A DNA stretch of 64,000 nt from Chrysomallon squamiferum (taxonomy: Eukaryota; Animalia; Mollusca). Shown here one piece after another: positions 18,450-36,310 of this stretch. The position numbers and the translations under genes are program-made. The notes beneath the pieces were generated by a model. The model had not been told where the DNA came from. It made no database searches and was given only the letters and a program-made list of their open reading frames with translations. The stretch spans positions 6,820,001-6,884,000 of the forward strand of contig CM022669.1 of the NCBI GenBank assembly GCA_012295275.1, read 5' to 3'. How positions within the stretch are numbered: the first letter of the stretch is position 1; each line of letters begins with the position of its first letter.

Positions 18450-18797
18450 CTTTTTGTTTTGTTGTTGTTGTTGTTTTGTTGTTTTGTTTTCTATTTTGTT
18501 GTTTTGTTTTATTTTGTTATTATTTCTCTTGTTGTTGTTGTTCATTCATTTTCTTCATTCCCGAATCTTGTTGTTGTTGTTGTTGTTTTGTTTTGTTTTG
18601 TTGTTGTTGCTGCTGATGTTGTTATTATTGTTGTTATTATTTCTGTTGTTGTTGTTATCATTGTCATCATCATTTCATCATCATCATCATCATCATCCCG
18701 AATCTCGTTGTTGTTGTTGTTGTTGTTTCTGTTTCTGTTGTTGTTGTTGCTGATGTTGTTATTATTGCTGTTGTTATTTCTGTTGTTGTTATCATTG

Positions 18798-18833
<36 letters not shown>

Positions 18834-19235
18834 CGAATCTCGTTGTTGTTGTTGTTGTTTCTGTTTCTGTTGTTGTTGTTGTTGCTGATGTTGTTATTAT
18901 TGTTGTTATTATTTATGTTGTTGTTGTTATCATCGTCATCATCATTATCATCATCATCATCATCATCATCATCCCGAATCTCGTTGTTGTTGTTGTTTCT
19001 GTTTCTGTTGTTGTTGTTGTTGATGTTGTTATTATTGTTGTTATTAGTTCTGTTGTTGTTGTTATCATCATCATTTTCATTATCATCATCATCATCCCGA
19101 ATCTCTTCTTCTGCCCCAGAAAAGTGTATGTTGTTATTATTGTTGTTATTAGTTCTGTTGTTGTTGTTATCATCATCATTTTCATTATCATCATCATCAT
19201 CCCGAATCTCTTCTTCTGCCCCAGAAAAGTGTATA
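18450..19235. repeat. Higher-order compound microsatellite: (GTT)n/(ATT)n/(CAT)n blocks punctuated by CCCGAATCT
   Basis: CCCGAATCT at about 18560, 18697, 18832, 18973, 19096 and 19201; the last two share CTTCTTCTGCCCCAGAAAAGTGTAT. Confidence 0.9.
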
Positions 19236-19684
19236 AATAAAATGATGTTCTCGCACAGATTTCTTTGTCGGAACTCTAAACTGAAATGAGGCTTGCAGAA
19301 AGTTTATTAGTTTTAAAACAGTGTATACAATTTATCAACACAGAACCTGTCAGATGCGTTCGAGCGTCTGTTATGACATGCACGTGTAAAATGCAAGTGT
19401 GCCGGTTTGGTGAATGTATTTTGTTTTCAGATCTCGGATGCGATGAAGTATTGAAAAAAAAAAGACATAAATGTATTTCTAATCAAGTTGCGCACGCTAG
19501 ACTTGTGTGTTAATATGTAAAAATAAACAATGTTTAGTACGTTTTAATATAATCTGAATACAAATATAGGACAATAAAACAAAATAAAAAAAAAAGTATG
19601 GCAGTTTTAGAAATGTATACAGAAACGCGCACGTGCAGATTCTCACATAAAGATAATCAGAGAGAGTGTGTTTGCGTGCATACG

Positions 19685-19774
<90 letters not shown>

Positions 19775-20506
19775 ATCAAATAATTATATCTGCAGATTAA
19801 TATACCGAGTAAAAAATAAAAAAAAAATTATTATTATCATTATTATCATCATTATCACGAACATCATCACTATTGTTTTTAATTATTATTATTATTACTA
19901 TCTTCATCATCATCATTATAATCATTATCATTCACCACTCTTATTAAGCTCTGAAGATAATATTGGCGTTAACTAACTAAATAAAATATCACATCTTTTA
20001 TGCCAAAACGAATAATAAGAAAAAAGCGAAACAGACATTAAAGAAACATTAAACAAGAGAATTCTTCGATTGCTTCTAAATACGGCGACAGTTCTAAGAA
20101 ACCTTTCCATCAGTGTTAACATCAAAACAAAAATGTTCAAAGGAATCCATGCAATGAAAACAAAACACGTTATTTCACTATCAGGTTTTATTTTCAAGAA
20201 ATTGCTGGTTCGAGGTGATCGATGCAAAAGAAAAAAAATTGAAAGCGTTTGGAAGAATAAAGCATGTCTTTGATTTATTTTCTGAATTTTTTATATATTT
20301 TTTTCTTCAGATGAATGAATGAATTTGCTAAACACTTTTAAAATGCTTCTTATACTAGTAATATTGAATATTATTAATGATTCTGCTGTTATTTTATTGA
20401 TTATTTATTTATTTATTTATATATTATTGTCGTCAACATCTTCATTATTATTATTATTATTATTACTATATTATTATTATTATTACTATTATTATTATCA
20501 TCGTCG

Positions 20507-20539
<33 letters not shown>

Positions 20540-21149
20540 ACATCATCATATCATAACAATGAACTTCTATAACAATTCTTATCAATTAGAACAAAGGATT
20601 CCCATTGAACTGCTCCCACATAAAGGAAAATACGTAATATTGCATTTTATTAACCATCAGTGAGGTTTTCGTTGGAACGGGAAATAAACCACTGAACTCA
20701 CTGAAAAGCATCAACTCATTTCATTTATCATCACCACTCATAGATCGATTTACTTCATAACAGTAATCATTGATATCATCACCACCCGCTTTCTGTCCTG
20801 TGGCGTAACGAACGTCTTCATCTTTACCAAGCCGACGATGTTGTTCAGACAGAATCCCTGCCAGTTTATTAATAGTTGTACTCAGACACGTGTTGTTAAA
20901 CCTTGAAATCTTCCTACTGCATCATTAATCTGGTAGCCATGCAAGTCAGGTCCACTGTTTATCTAAACGAGGCATCTTTCAGATGTGCTGGCTGGAAGAA
21001 GTGAATTACGTACACAGATTAATTAAGACAGTCGCGGACTAAAATTAACTGAAGATGTCTAAAGATAGATTGTTTGTGGTGTTATTGTCAGCTGTAAAAT
21101 CTTTGCTAGAAGTTTAATGTTGTAAATTGGTTCAGTCGTATACTGCAGT

Positions 21150-21512
21150 GTGTGCGTCTTTGTAGTTGTGTGTGTGTGTATGATGTTTTTATGTGTATGT
21201 AAGAACGTATGTGTACATATGTGTGTGTATATATATGTAGTAGTATACATATATGTGTGTATGTTCTATGTATTTATGTGTGTATGTATGTATATATGTA
21301 TGTGTGTATGTACGTGTGTATGTATGTGTATATGTATGTATGTATGTGTGTATATATCTGTATGTATGTGTGTATGTATGTGTGTATGTATGTACGTATA
21401 TATGTATGTGTGTATATATGTGTGTATGTTTGTCTGTATGTATGTACGTACGTATGTATGTATGTATGTATGTATGTATGTACGTATGTATATGTATGTG
21501 TATATATATATG
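21150..21512. repeat. Degenerate (TG)/(TGTA)n low-complexity tract
   Basis: Directly visible; produces six overlapping spurious ORFs. Confidence 0.9.
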
Positions 21513-21797
21513 TAGACAGAAAAGATTTGAGTGGATGGCATGCCATATCTGCAAACTGCTGTAGATGATTTCTGATTTGTTGACTTCCAGAAAAGAAAAG
21601 AAAAATCCTAATTAAATGTACTTTTCAGAGAGTTAAAAATAAACAACCTCCACCCTACCCTCATCACATATCAGCCGAGTCGGAGCAAAACTGCCACAGC
21701 GACGTCATCCGAGTTGTCTTATCAGCAGCTACACCTGCGGTATGACTGGAACTACGGTGTAGGTATCACATATAAAATTTCGCCTATTAATTCCTCT

Positions 21798-22222
21798 CTA
21801 ACGAGGTGTCACGGTTATTTAGAAACATTCGAATGCGGTTGTCGTGTAGCAAAAGATTTATCTCTACGCGCAGTGTTAAAACTATTTGTACTTACAGTAG
21901 TATACTAACGATGTGTCGGTTTCTCCTCTGTGGTTGCCGGGGGTTACCGTGTGTATCAAATGATTTACTGTTATGTGCAGTGTTAAAACTATTTATACAC
22001 ATATTTTACTAATGATGTGTCAGTTTATCCTGTGGGGTTGTAGGAGGTTACCGTATATCAAATGATTTACCGTTACGCGCAAATGTTTATACTTTTACAT
22101 CAAGGTGTCAAAATTACTCTAATTTAATAAGAGGTTGCCTTGCATCAAATGTTTTACTGTTATGGGTAATTTTAAAATTAGTTTGAGGATGCTTGCAATA
22201 AAATGGCACTAACGAAATGTCA
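21798..22222. repeat. Degenerate ~105-bp minisatellite (~4 units)
   Basis: CTAA(C/T)GA.GTGTC-like heads near 21798, 21905, 22009, 22098 and 22209; internal GGTTACCGT...ATCAAATGATTTAC.GTTA.G.GCAGTGTTAAAACTATTT. Confidence 0.75.
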
Positions 22223-22766
22223 CTGATATATCGACATTTTTAAAACTGGTGACAGTGATTGAAATCCCATCTGTTCATTATTTACGTAGTAAATAAAATA
22301 AAATGAAATAAAATGAAATAAAAATAAAATAAAATAAAATAAAATAAAATAAAATAAAAATAAAAGAAAAATTATATTAAATTAAATTAAAGAAATAAAC
22401 AGAAAGAATGAAAGAAAGAAAGAAAAGATTAAAACAAAAAACAACAACAAATTTTTTTAAATTATTTCTGCGCAGAGTAAAACTGTTTTAAATTAAAAGT
22501 TCTCTATTTCATATGCGGTTTAATTTACACTTGGCAAACCATTTTTTTTTTTCCAGTTCACTGAAATATTATGAATCATCAGTTACGCTGACTTAAATAT
22601 CTGTTATATGGAATATCTCCAGATGAAGAAAACAAATAAACAAAATAGCGTAGAAAAGGTTCGCTAAGGTCACGTGAACTTTTAAGTGCCGAGAGTATTA
22701 GTCATGATGCACAGCTATATCTATACATACATCTATCTCTATCCATATACATATATATATATATAT

Positions 22767-22797
<31 letters not shown>

Positions 22798-25550
22798 TAT
22801 ATGTCTATGTATCTCTCACCTTTTTACTCTTCTCTCTGTCTTTTTCTCCATTTATCTGAGTGCCTAATAAAAAAGTAGGATAACATATTATATTTCTATC
22901 GAACATAAAAAAAGAGTTGTTATGTCTTATGGTTTCTAAGATAAACGAAAAAGATGTATCTTAAACGAATAACATAAAAAGTCGTAATAGACTGATTCGT
23001 TTTTGTAGTGTACACAGGTACTCAGTCTTTTAATGTCATTTAATAAGATGGCTCAGTACCTCCGCTATTAATTGTGTGATTTTTGACTTTAATAATATTT
23101 AAATAATAATAATATCTATCATATATCAACGACAACTATACGAACATTTGTTATTTAAAACAATTAAAATAGAATGGAAAAGAAAAGAAAAGAAATAAAA
23201 ACAGAAAGTAAAAGTATTATTTTAGAACAAATTAAAACTGTTTTTAATTAAACGTTCTCAATTATATCTTACTGTTTCTCACTTGCAAACCAGCAATAGT
23301 ATTAAAAATAACATAAGTAATGGTAATAGTAATAGTAATAGTAGTAGTATAGCAATAGTAGTACCAGTAATTTTAGTAATAGTAGTAGTATAGCAATAGT
23401 AGTACCACTAATTGTAGCACTAGTAATAGTAATAGTAGCAATAGTAATAGTAGTAGTAGTAGTAGCAGTAGTTGCAGTTGCAGAAATATTACTAGCAACA
23501 GTAGTTGTAGTAGTGAGAGAAGCAGCAGCGACAGACATAGTAGTAGTAGTAGTGTAGCAATAATAATTGTAGTAGTAGTAGTAATAGTAGTAGCAGCTGC
23601 AGCAAACGTAGTAGTCGTATTAAAGTAGTAGTTTTAATAGTAGCAGTAGCAACAGTAGTATTAGTGATGTTAGTAGCAGTTACACTAGCAGTAGACGGTA
23701 CAATAGTACTTGTACAATCAATCACATGTATATGCATACGATTTCGTAAAAACAGATCACTCACGCACACATAACTACATACACACACACACACACTATT
23801 ATGCACAAACACACACACAAGTACATATAACCATGTACACAAAATAAATATATATAATGCATACAGACAGACATACATACAGACAGACAGACAGACAGAC
23901 AGACATACGTAGATACACTCACTGTTTACAAGTGCATTTATTTCACGACCTTTTAGCGAACTCGTGTCCCACATAGACATCCAAGCACTGTCGTTACGTC
24001 AGAAACAACAATAACAAAACCAAAAATAATAATAATACAAACAGCAGTACAGCGTTCAGTGTATGTTGAATAGAGTCCGCGTGCTATTGAAAAACCGCTC
24101 TAGAACGAACAAAACAGCGCTGGTATACAAATATGACAGTGACAATGTGTATGTTATTTATTAAAGCCGTGTAGAATATTTATTATAGGTGTTGTGACAG
24201 AGTGAATCGCTATGTGAGCTTTCAACAGTCGGCGATAACACACTTGTATTTGAACAGCCGGCAATAAAAACTAAGGCCACGGCTGAAGGAGAAACTGTAT
24301 TGGATCAAACGACTTCTTTTCTTATCAACGTCGTTGCGAAGGACGCAGACGTGACCACGTATAATTTTTCAAGCAGTAAAGTTTAAAAGGTTTACACCGT
24401 CAGTTTTGGTAATTTCGTTGTTTTCCTTTTTTCGTGTCAAGAAAGGAAAACCAAAAAAAAACAACAACAAACAAACAAACAAAAAGCAAACGGGATAGCG
24501 CGAATCTATGTGTTTTCGTGGATACTCTGATTTCAGATAAATGAACTCGCTGGTTTGAGATGCTGAAGAATTTTTGACGGTACGTAAAAATCTTTGATGT
24601 TAAAATTAGAAAGTGAAAGATGAACGGATCGTAACTGTTTTTAATTCGCATATTTGATATGCATTAGAAGGTTTAGAATCAGTAGGTTTAAATTTATTGA
24701 ACAGTTTCAATAATTTATGTTTCTGTTGCTTTACGAATGAAACAAAGTGACGTGCGTGTTTCCATCTAATTTGTCAATCACATGTATATACCTGCTTATA
24801 ATTATTGTATTCGAATTTGTGAATGTCTTTGGTCAGTACTCTCTGACAGATATATCAGTAGCTTTAGTATGAAAATGTATTTATTTAGTTTTATTTTATT
24901 TTATTATTTATTTATTTTTATTTATTATTATTATTTTTATTTTTTTTTTTTATTTTATTTATTTATTTATTATTTATTATGGTTGTTTTTGGTTTCGTTT
25001 TTTTTTTTTTGTTCTTTTTGTTCTTTTCTTTTTGGAGGGGTAGGCGTATATGGTTACTGTTGTTTTTTATCACGTTAATGTTTTGTTTTTTTTATATATA
25101 AAAAAAATAATAACTAGTTTCTGTTTTATGACTGTTTTAACATTTGCTTTGAAACTTGATAAGGTCAATAACATTTCCATTTAAATCAGTTTGATTCTCA
25201 GTTGACACTTTTATCTCGACGAACAACGAGTCCATTAACAAGTGATCGATTTCTAAACGCGACCACATTTCATAGTTTATGTTACTTCGAAAATGGTGCT
25301 GTCGTTGCAGTCTACGTAAACAGAACAAGAAAAATCTCGACTCTAAAAAAAAAAAAAAAAAAAAAAAATTCGAATCTTAGAAATCCCTAGCGTAAAAATA
25401 AATAAAAATAATAATAAAATAATTTTAAAATAAATAAATAAATAAATAAATAAATACAAATTAATAAATTAAAAAGAAATAATACAAAGACGCGACCATC
25501 CATCTCTGTATTTTCCCTTTTCAACGATCTTTTTACAATTAAATTTTTTA

Positions 25551-25607
<57 letters not shown>

Positions 25608-25656
25608 TTGTTATTATTGTTGTTCCTGCTGTTATATAAATTGTTGTTGTTATTGT

Positions 25657-25712
<56 letters not shown>

Positions 25713-27816
25713 TTGCTACTACTATTACTAATACTACTACTAGTAGTACTACTGTTGCTGCTACAAAACATTTCATCTTGAATGTTATATTCATGACAAC
25801 AGTGGCCTAGTTACCCCTTCTTGTAAAAAAAATGGAACTTCCCTGTTCGCATTCATTCAAATCTTTTCTAATGTGTTGTGTGAATTATTTAATGAGATGA
25901 GTTGTAAACAGTCCATTCCTTATTTGTAGTGTTAAGATTTTGCAGATTGAAAAGAAGTGAGTTTTAAAATAAGAATTTTATTTACATTAATCTTATCTGC
26001 AATGTACACGTTGGCAACTCTATTTTAAAAAACCCAATAATAATATTTTTTTATTATTTTTATTTATTTATTTATTTATTTATTTATATAGCTTAAATAA
26101 CGGTCATCGATAATAACCGTAACATATATAACTCACCCAGCATGAAATAACGGTCGTTATAAACATAACCTACATCAAATAACATTTTAGAATATAACCA
26201 AGCATATGTGTGTGATCGTGTATGTGTATATGTAGGTGTGTATGAGTTTGAGGTTGTGTGTGTATGCGTATGTGTCTATGAGTGTGAGTGTCTGTGTGTG
26301 TGTGGGAGTCTGCATGCATGCTTTTAGGAAATGTTTTATTTCTAAAAGTTATTTGTTCTCTAAATTCTGAAGTTTAATACTGGATGTATTATAGGCTAAT
26401 GACGTCACATTAGTTTATTAACAAGATTTATCTAGTTTTTTATTACGATCTATCGTTAGCAGTCAATTACTTATGCTGTATAGACTTTGTTTCACTATGC
26501 TATTGAATATCGATACCGTGTTTGTATTTCTAAACTTTGCAACGGCAAACAGTTGAAATATTTAAAAAATGTTTTTGTTGTTCTTCCAAGAAACACCAGT
26601 AGAAAGGAATGTGTTACAAGTTTACAGCAAATTCACGGCTTTGAATCACATATTGTGAAGTCTTCATTGAAACAAACCTAGGTATTTCTTAATTTTACGT
26701 ATGAAATTTAATCCAAAAAAAAAAAAAAAAGCCAGAAATCTTTTTCGATGCTTTAATATTTATGGTTTTAAGACCTTTTAATCTGTATCCAACACAGTGT
26801 TAATATATATTTGTAGATGATTTGGGTTTTTTTTTTTTTTTGTTTATTTGTTATTTTGTTTTTTGTTGTTTTGTTGTTGTTGTTTGGTTTTTTTTTTATG
26901 TTTTAATCTTTACTAAAAAAAAATAAAGTGTGAGATGTCGTTTTCGTTTATTTCTGGGGGTTTTTATAACAGAAATTTAAAAAAATTATAAAATACAGCA
27001 CTTGACTGGATGCCTTTTTGAGGATAAAGAATGATACTGGCAGTCTATTTGTTTAATTTTAATTTTCTTTATGGTCGTTGTTATGATGGTGGTAGTGGTG
27101 GTTGTCGTTATCGTTGGTGTCGCGCATTCTGGTTTACCAGTTTGGTAACATACGTATAAAATAAGAAAACGTGCAGCTGTTCATTAAAACTGGACACGTC
27201 TGCTACAATCTCTTATATAAAACTCTGAGACTGTTAATACTAAAATGCACTAGTTAAATAAACGTTCATCCTTTCTTTACATTACACAAACACTTCCTGC
27301 ATGACCAGCCTGCTGGTTCCGCTTTAGTTAATGAAGTTTTCTTCATCTGTAGACAGAGAACATCAATGATTCATTACATTAATAATAAAACCATCTCTCA
27401 CGTGTTAGCCAATCTTGTGTTGAGTTCTTCGTCTGAAAAGACAAAGACCAGATAGAATCCGGCGTCAAAAAATTGTTTACCATTCCGTGGGATTTGAAGT
27501 TGACTTTGATTAGAATTACAATGTGTAAAACACACATTGTGAAAACGTTTTTGTAATTTGCCAGGTACGTGCTTTTCTGTATTGCCAGAAGTTGTTAAGA
27601 ACGCTGATGGAGTCACGTGGATCTCCATTATTTATGTTGTTTCCTTAGTGTTGTTGTTTCTGCTGTTATTGTCATTGTCGTCGTTATCGTTAACACGATT
27701 ATTTTGCATTTTGTTTTTAGTCAATATTTGGGATCAGTGTTGTATATTTTATTTATTAGTTTAAAAAAATAATATTTCTTCTTCTTCTTCTATATATCTC
27801 TCTCTCGCTCCCTCCT

Positions 27817-27888
<72 letters not shown>

Positions 27889-28095
27889 TGGTACCTGTAT
27901 TTATCGGCCCCAGGGATGAGAGGCCAGCCCAGACATTCAGACACGTTTCCGAAGTCCCCATTGTTTTTCAATGGACAGGACACCGACTGAACAAGGACGC
28001 GGTCGGCATTTTTATTTCTCTGCTAAAGCGGACAGTTATACCGAACTGGATTTGTTTTCTCCCAAATCAATACGACAGCTTTATACGATATTTTT

Positions 28096-28143
28096 AAATA
28101 TGGCGTCGCTCATTTCCTGTACTGAGCAGTGCATACCGGAAGT
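28096..28143 (+). promoter_or_regulatory. Promoter-like cluster: YY1-type AATATGGCG and ETS-type CCGGAAGT
   Basis: Both motifs occur within 50 bp in a CpG-containing unique island (~27890-28200). The pairing is typical of metazoan TATA-less promoters. Confidence 0.45.
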
Positions 28144-28360
28144 ATTGTTTTTGTTGAATCATAAGAATATTCCGGCCAAATCTTGCGAGTTCAAACCATT
28201 TGTGCTAATTTTGATAATTCAAACATTCAACGTGCATCTTTATTTTTGATAAAAATATGTTTTATTTGCACAATCCACCGGTTTTGTAAAATGAACGTCT
28301 TGATATGTTTTTGCAAAAATATGTTTTCCACCAATGAAAGAATATGTTTTAGGTGAATAT

Positions 28361-28374
28361 GTTGCTAAGGCAAC
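28361..28374. promoter_or_regulatory. RFX X-box candidate GTTGCTAAGGCAAC
   Basis: 14-bp imperfect palindrome fitting the GTTGC-Y-N(1-3)-RGCAAC consensus; 30 nt upstream of a GTAAGT donor at 28404. Confidence 0.55.
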
Positions 28375-28534
28375 GCCTGTCCACGACGATTTATGTTTAT
28401 GGTGTAAGTGAATAAAGATTGTTATTTTTTAAATGTCTGTAAATCTCTGGTGATAGGACGGACACCTGTAATACTGGGACACGTTTGATCAGCTGTCCCA
28501 ACAATACACGAATACTATATGTGTCATTCTGTAT

Positions 28535-31680
<3,146 letters not shown>

Positions 31681-32327
31681 GATTCTCTGAGATTCAATGT
31701 TTATCCAACACAATTTCTGAATCATTATTGCTGTTGTTGTCATGATGATCATGATCATCATTATTACATTATTAATTATACATGTTGTTGTTGTTGTTGT
31801 TATTATTATTAAATATTATTTCTTATTATTATTTTTGTTATTATTATTATTATTATGGTTATTGTAATTGTTATTGTTATTATTAATATGATGATACTGA
31901 TGCTGATAATGCGACAATGATTATGTATTTACGAACTGTCGAGCACAATTAATGTATTAAAGCTCTAGAAATTAATTTTTGATAATCTATAAGATGTAAG
32001 AAGTAGCGTTTGAAGTTTTATAAATTTTCATTTGGACTTTTATAAAGACAATTCAGAGGACGTTCGGTCTTGTAAAATTACTGGTTTTTTTAATTTATTA
32101 TTATTTTACTGTTTATTAATTAAGAAGACAGAATTTAGGGCACTTATAATTTAAAAAAACAACAACAAATAAACTTGTAACTATGCTGTTAAAAAAATAA
32201 TATTATTATAATTTGTTTGTCGTCTTATACGAGAGATAAACAGAAAGCAGTTTGAGAAAGAAAGAGACAGCGAAAGAGAACGAAAAAATATATTAGGCAA
32301 ACAACAATAACAATAATAATAATAATC

Positions 32328-32399
<72 letters not shown>

Positions 32400-32692
32400 G
32401 TAAATGTGTAAAAGAAAACGTTCGTTGTGTTTCAGTAGAAATAACGTGTACTGCAGTTGTTCACTACACAGCGTACAAAGAGTTAACTAATTTCTTTCTT
32501 GCACTTTTACTTAGCAATCCAGAATACTGCAAAACACCGCTGTAAATGTAGGAAGTGACTGTTTTGCCTCGCTATTGTTTGTGTCTTTGTGTGCACCGTG
32601 TCGGTAACGATGTTTGGTCAATCGATACAGGCCCGAGGCATGATAATCAATCCGCCAGCCGTCACAGAACCGCAGTGCGTTTTTTAACGTCC

Positions 32693-32706
32693 GTTGCTAC
32701 GGAAAC
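32693..32706. promoter_or_regulatory. RFX X-box candidate GTTGCTACGGAAAC, probable gene A promoter
   Basis: 14-bp X-box match in a CpG-rich unique island, followed by an Inr-like TCAGTT (~32956) and a strong donor CGG|GTGAGT at 33096. Confidence 0.55.
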
Positions 32707-32949
32707 TTATAAATGTTTTGAACGTTCGGTTGTGAAAATTAAGACACTTGTAAAAGAAAAATAAACAGACCCGTGGCGTTAAGTGGATATCTTTTGATAT
32801 TAATGTGCAAAGTTCATGTTGTATCTATTGATATTGAGAATAACAAAGTCAAAAAAAAAACAGACACAAAAAAAGTAACTGTTTTTTTTTTTCTCTCTAC
32901 TGTTTAATTAGAATGATGGCGTAACTGGGTGGAACTGCAAACAGAAGCA

Positions 32950-33095
32950 AGACGATCAGTTCAAGTAGTTTAATTTTAAATCACGTTTTCACAAAGCGGT
33001 TGAGAAGATTTCAAACTGAAGCACGTTTAAAAGACAGTTCGATAAACAGATCGCTGAAGCAAGATATCATCTGAGAAGAACGTTTTGAAAGTCGG
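32950..33095 (+). other. Putative non-coding first exon of gene A (5' boundary uncertain)
   Basis: Donor GTGAGT at 33096. The ATG-containing exon has an acceptor (TTTTATTTTCAG) ending at 37546, so an upstream UTR exon is expected. Confidence 0.4.
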
Positions 33096-33299
33096 GTGAG
33101 TTAGTTTTAACATTGGTTATGGTGAACATAATAACATCTGTAATATGAACGCTGTGTATGTGGCATAATGAGTCTGTAGGGGAAATGATATAAGATATCT
33201 GATAAAAAAAGATGATATTCATATTTTATTTAGTAACGCTCTTAATGTATTTTTAATCTTCTGTTATGTGGATTCATACAAATGACTGGATAGGCGAAT

Positions 33300-33335
<36 letters not shown>

Positions 33336-33909
33336 AAATAATATTTTATAATTATATCAATTGAAAGAGAGATTATACTGAGTCCTAAATTAACCATTCA
33401 TATGCTACTGACTAGAACTGGAAATAGTCCAATAAGTGTTCTGACGATATCTCATCAGCCAATACTTACGTTCTAACCACAAAGCCCTTTTGATTATATA
33501 TATATATATATATATAATTCAGAACAAAAACCAACATCTAAAATAAATTATTATATGGTACGATATTTTAATTAAATTTCTAAACTGCATAGGAAATAAT
33601 CAATCACACGCAGCTAAAATAAATTACGTCCTTCTAATTTCCTAAGTGAATGAACTCAGATATAACACATGGTAAAAATATAGCTGCGGTATTTTATTTG
33701 TTCCGTGATTCATGCAGGAAGATGATTAAACGTGACAGCGAGTTACGTCAAGTAAATCATCCGAGAGCACGTTATTTATGCACAGATATAAAACATAGAT
33801 GAGTTGTTAACAAGTTACTAACGTTACAGTTAATTAAAATAGAAAAAACCCACAACAACAACACTGGAACACTGGCGCCAGGAAGAATAAAAATTACACG
33901 ATGAAAGCA

Positions 33910-34440
33910 AGGACAGGTTATATGATACGTTTACAGTGCGTTAATACAAAAACAGGTTACGTCATGACTAGTAGGGTGATACAGAGTTAAGAGAAAATGT
34001 GTGTAGAATGATGGTACGAGAACAGATTAAGAAAAGCTGATAAAGAAAAATTCAAGATACGTGTATAGTCTGTTGATACAAGAACATATTAACATATGTG
34101 TCTATTACGTGTTGATACAAGAATAGTTTAAGATACATGATTAGTATGTTGATATATGGACAGGCTAAGATATGTGATTAGTTGATACAAGAAAAGTTTA
34201 AGATATGTGTCTAGTACATTGATACAAGATGAGGTTAAGATATGTGTCTAGTACATTGATACAAAAATAGTTTAAGATATATGATTAGTACGTTGACACA
34301 AGAACAGGATAAGATATATGTCTAGTATGTTGATACGAGAACATGTTAAGATATGTACCTAGTACGTTGATACAAGAAAGGTTAAGATATGTGTCTAGCA
34401 CATTCATACTAGGAAAGGTTATATGTATCTAAGACGCTGA
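33910..34440. repeat. Degenerate ~37-bp minisatellite
   Basis: Consensus GTTGATACAAGAACAGGTTAAGATATGTGTCTAGTAC, about 10 recognisable copies, clearest from 34070 to 34400. Confidence 0.85.
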
Positions 34441-35320
34441 AGTAAGAAAATGTTAATATAAACCTTTATGAAACTTGTAAAAGGTAAACGAAGCGTTGAT
34501 AATGTAGGATATTTCATATGAAACTAATTATTACAGTCATAGGAAACGACCGGAATTTAATATTTGTAGAACTCATAATCAAGAAAACATATGTTAAATC
34601 ATACTGAATTTGAATACAATATAACTAATGCTGCAGTAAAGTTATCACGGTATTTATATAACTTTATATTGCATAAACATTTGCCACAAATATTATTCAT
34701 TGGATATAACAGAACAAATGCGTTTCAGGTACATCTGTACCAAATGTCACATAACGTTATCAATTATACATATATCGATATATTTATGCTTTGACATTGT
34801 TACTACAAGGTACGAGATTTCCAAACCAATAGTCAATAGTATTTCAGATCTAACACTAAGGAAGCTTCTATAATTGGATCTTTGATAAATTTTTGAAATA
34901 ATTTAATGTGACTCCAGGGAGACAGCGAAGGATCAGAAAAAAAAGACTGTATACATTACATAATACATTTTTAATGTCGCTGCAAAGAATCAATATGAGG
35001 AAACTGGTAACAAAGATACAAATCTGAAGCAAAATACGTTTTGTACACTTAATGAATGTCACTGCTACATTACCATAACAAAAGCAGTTCTTGTTGTTGA
35101 AACATATGTACTGGTGGTTACATAAAATGCTCTTGGGAAGAATGAAGAGACTACAAGGCATCATATTATTATAATTTCTTTTTTCTTTTTTTGGAATCTC
35201 GTAACTGTGTTGCTCGTTGCGAACAAATAAGACAATGCATGCATAATTTGCATAATGAACCAGTCTTTGCTGTTACCACTGACATTTTCTTTTTTCTTTT
35301 TTCATCTTTTATGACGTCAA

Positions 35321-35372
<52 letters not shown>

Positions 35373-36220
35373 TGTGTAGAGAGAGAGATAGAGAGAGAGA
35401 GAGACAGAGAGACAGACAGACAGAGAAACAGACATAGATATACAAATATACAAAGATACATGCATGCATACATACTTACATACATACGTACATACATACA
35501 TATATACATACATCTTTACATACATACATACATACATACGTACATACGTACATACATACATATATGATATGATATATATTTGTAAAACTAATAATGAAGA
35601 TAACGATGGTCAGTAAATTCATGGACGTAAGAATAATCGGAGACAAACAGACAAAAAGAAGACAATAGTCAGCTAGATATAGAGACCAGTATTTGTTAGG
35701 CATACGAAAAAAAGGTCAACCTTTAGAGAGCTGAAAAAGATAAAAATTCAGATTTACACCGAAGAAAGGGAAAAAAATCCAAGAAACCGAGTGAACAACC
35801 AGCCCAACAATAATATAACAATAGATCGTGGCTTCGAAATGCGTCATTTATTTTGACTTAAAATCAATAAATTATGAAGTTAGTATAGAATTCCTTTCAT
35901 GACACCATGAATAACAAGACGTTCTGGAGCCTTTTTGCTTAAATACTTTCACTTTGCAGTCAGTAATCGATATCTTTGTGTGATAATATATTAGCACCTG
36001 CATTCAAAATCAGTGAAGGGTATTATTAACTTTTCCAAAAAAGAAGAAGGGATTCAAGGGCAGCGACTCTATAAGAGTTTTCAATCTTTTGTTCAGTGTC
36101 CTTTACATCGTAAGTTAATAGAGCACTGTTGAATGCATTTTTTGTATTTTGTAGATATTTATATTTGAAAATAAAGTTGTAATTTGTGTTATTATTATTA
36201 CTACTACTATTTTTTTTTTC

Positions 36221-36310
<90 letters not shown>

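Noticed and set aside
18459-19289. 276-aa ORF and neighbouring ORFs
   Set aside because: Poly-Leu/Ser/His translations of triplet microsatellites, with no domain or splice support.
21150-21568. Six overlapping Cys/Val/Met/Tyr or His/Thr/Ile ORFs
   Set aside because: Translation of (TG)/(TGTA)n repeats.
22202-22225. AATGGCACT resembling the miR-263/183 seed region
   Set aside because: No proper precursor hairpin, and it coincides with a unit head of the 105-bp minisatellite.
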